Assembly (NCBI GenBank): GCA_002633005.1
Contig: NMRA01000628.1
Coordinates: forward strand, 166,359 to 230,358
Source of the DNA: Phoronis australis
Lineage: Eukaryota > Animalia > Phoronida
Direction of reading: 5' to 3'
DNA: 64,000 nt
Below are positions 63,525 to 64,000 of this stretch, one piece after another. The notes under the pieces were generated by a model. The model did no database searches. It worked only from the letters and a program-made list of their open reading frames with translations, and was not told where the DNA came from. Made by a program: the position numbers and the translations under genes. Within the stretch, counting starts at the first letter, position 1. Each line of letters opens with the position of its first letter.

Positions 63525-64000
63525 AGCGCTTTAGTACGTACAGTAAACGAACAGACATGACCGATGGAGAACATTTAATGTGGATATAGTTTGTGGTATG
63601 TTGTACAGACAATCGGTGATTAATTGGGATATGTTCAAGGATTTTGAATCGGAAAGTTCTGGTTGTGCCTTTTTCATGAGCATATTTCTACCGTCGCTGA
63701 CTTTTGTTTGCATTGTTACCCTGTATTCACACAGGATGAATAACACACCGGTTAAATCGGCCACGCGGCTATTAATCATTACTGCATTGCATAAGAAAAC
63801 TTGATTCCCAAAGATGTTGGCATGGCCAAAAAAAAACGTTCACAGTCCGCCATTTTCTGTCTTTGCGGTAAAGCCAACCAATGACTGCCATGGTTGCCTC
63901 AACCAGTGATAAAACGTGTACTGCTGAGTGATACCTGCGTGTTTTCTAATACATAGCGCACATACAGGGAACCAGCGAGTCTCCTCACCAAGTCTCATGC

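Overview
Repeat-rich animal (marine-invertebrate-like) nuclear DNA, AT-rich, with a scaffold gap at about 40341-41009. It is not prokaryotic, so most short ORFs in the track are noise. One host gene can be assembled on the minus strand: a three-coding-exon synaptotagmin-family gene (TM-C2A-C2B, 473 aa, probably Ca2+-independent) with exons 49142-48189, 34280-34130 and 33563-33247. An orphan intronless 246-aa ORF lies at 10065-9325. The rest is a transposon graveyard: a 5'-truncated CR1/L2-group LINE with a 14-bp TSD nested in a decayed ISL2EU/Harbinger-type element, a second ISL2EU derivative, two Kolobok-type TTAA elements, an 8-bp-TSD P/hAT-type element, Tc1/pogo-type MITEs, hairpin MITEs and minisatellites. 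The most striking unexplained signal is a strong excess of TACATGTA. Comparing repeat copies shows it arises by insertion of CATGTA (once CAGTA) at TA sites, as expected for Tc1/mariner excision scars. All family assignments come from motif recognition by eye, not database searches.
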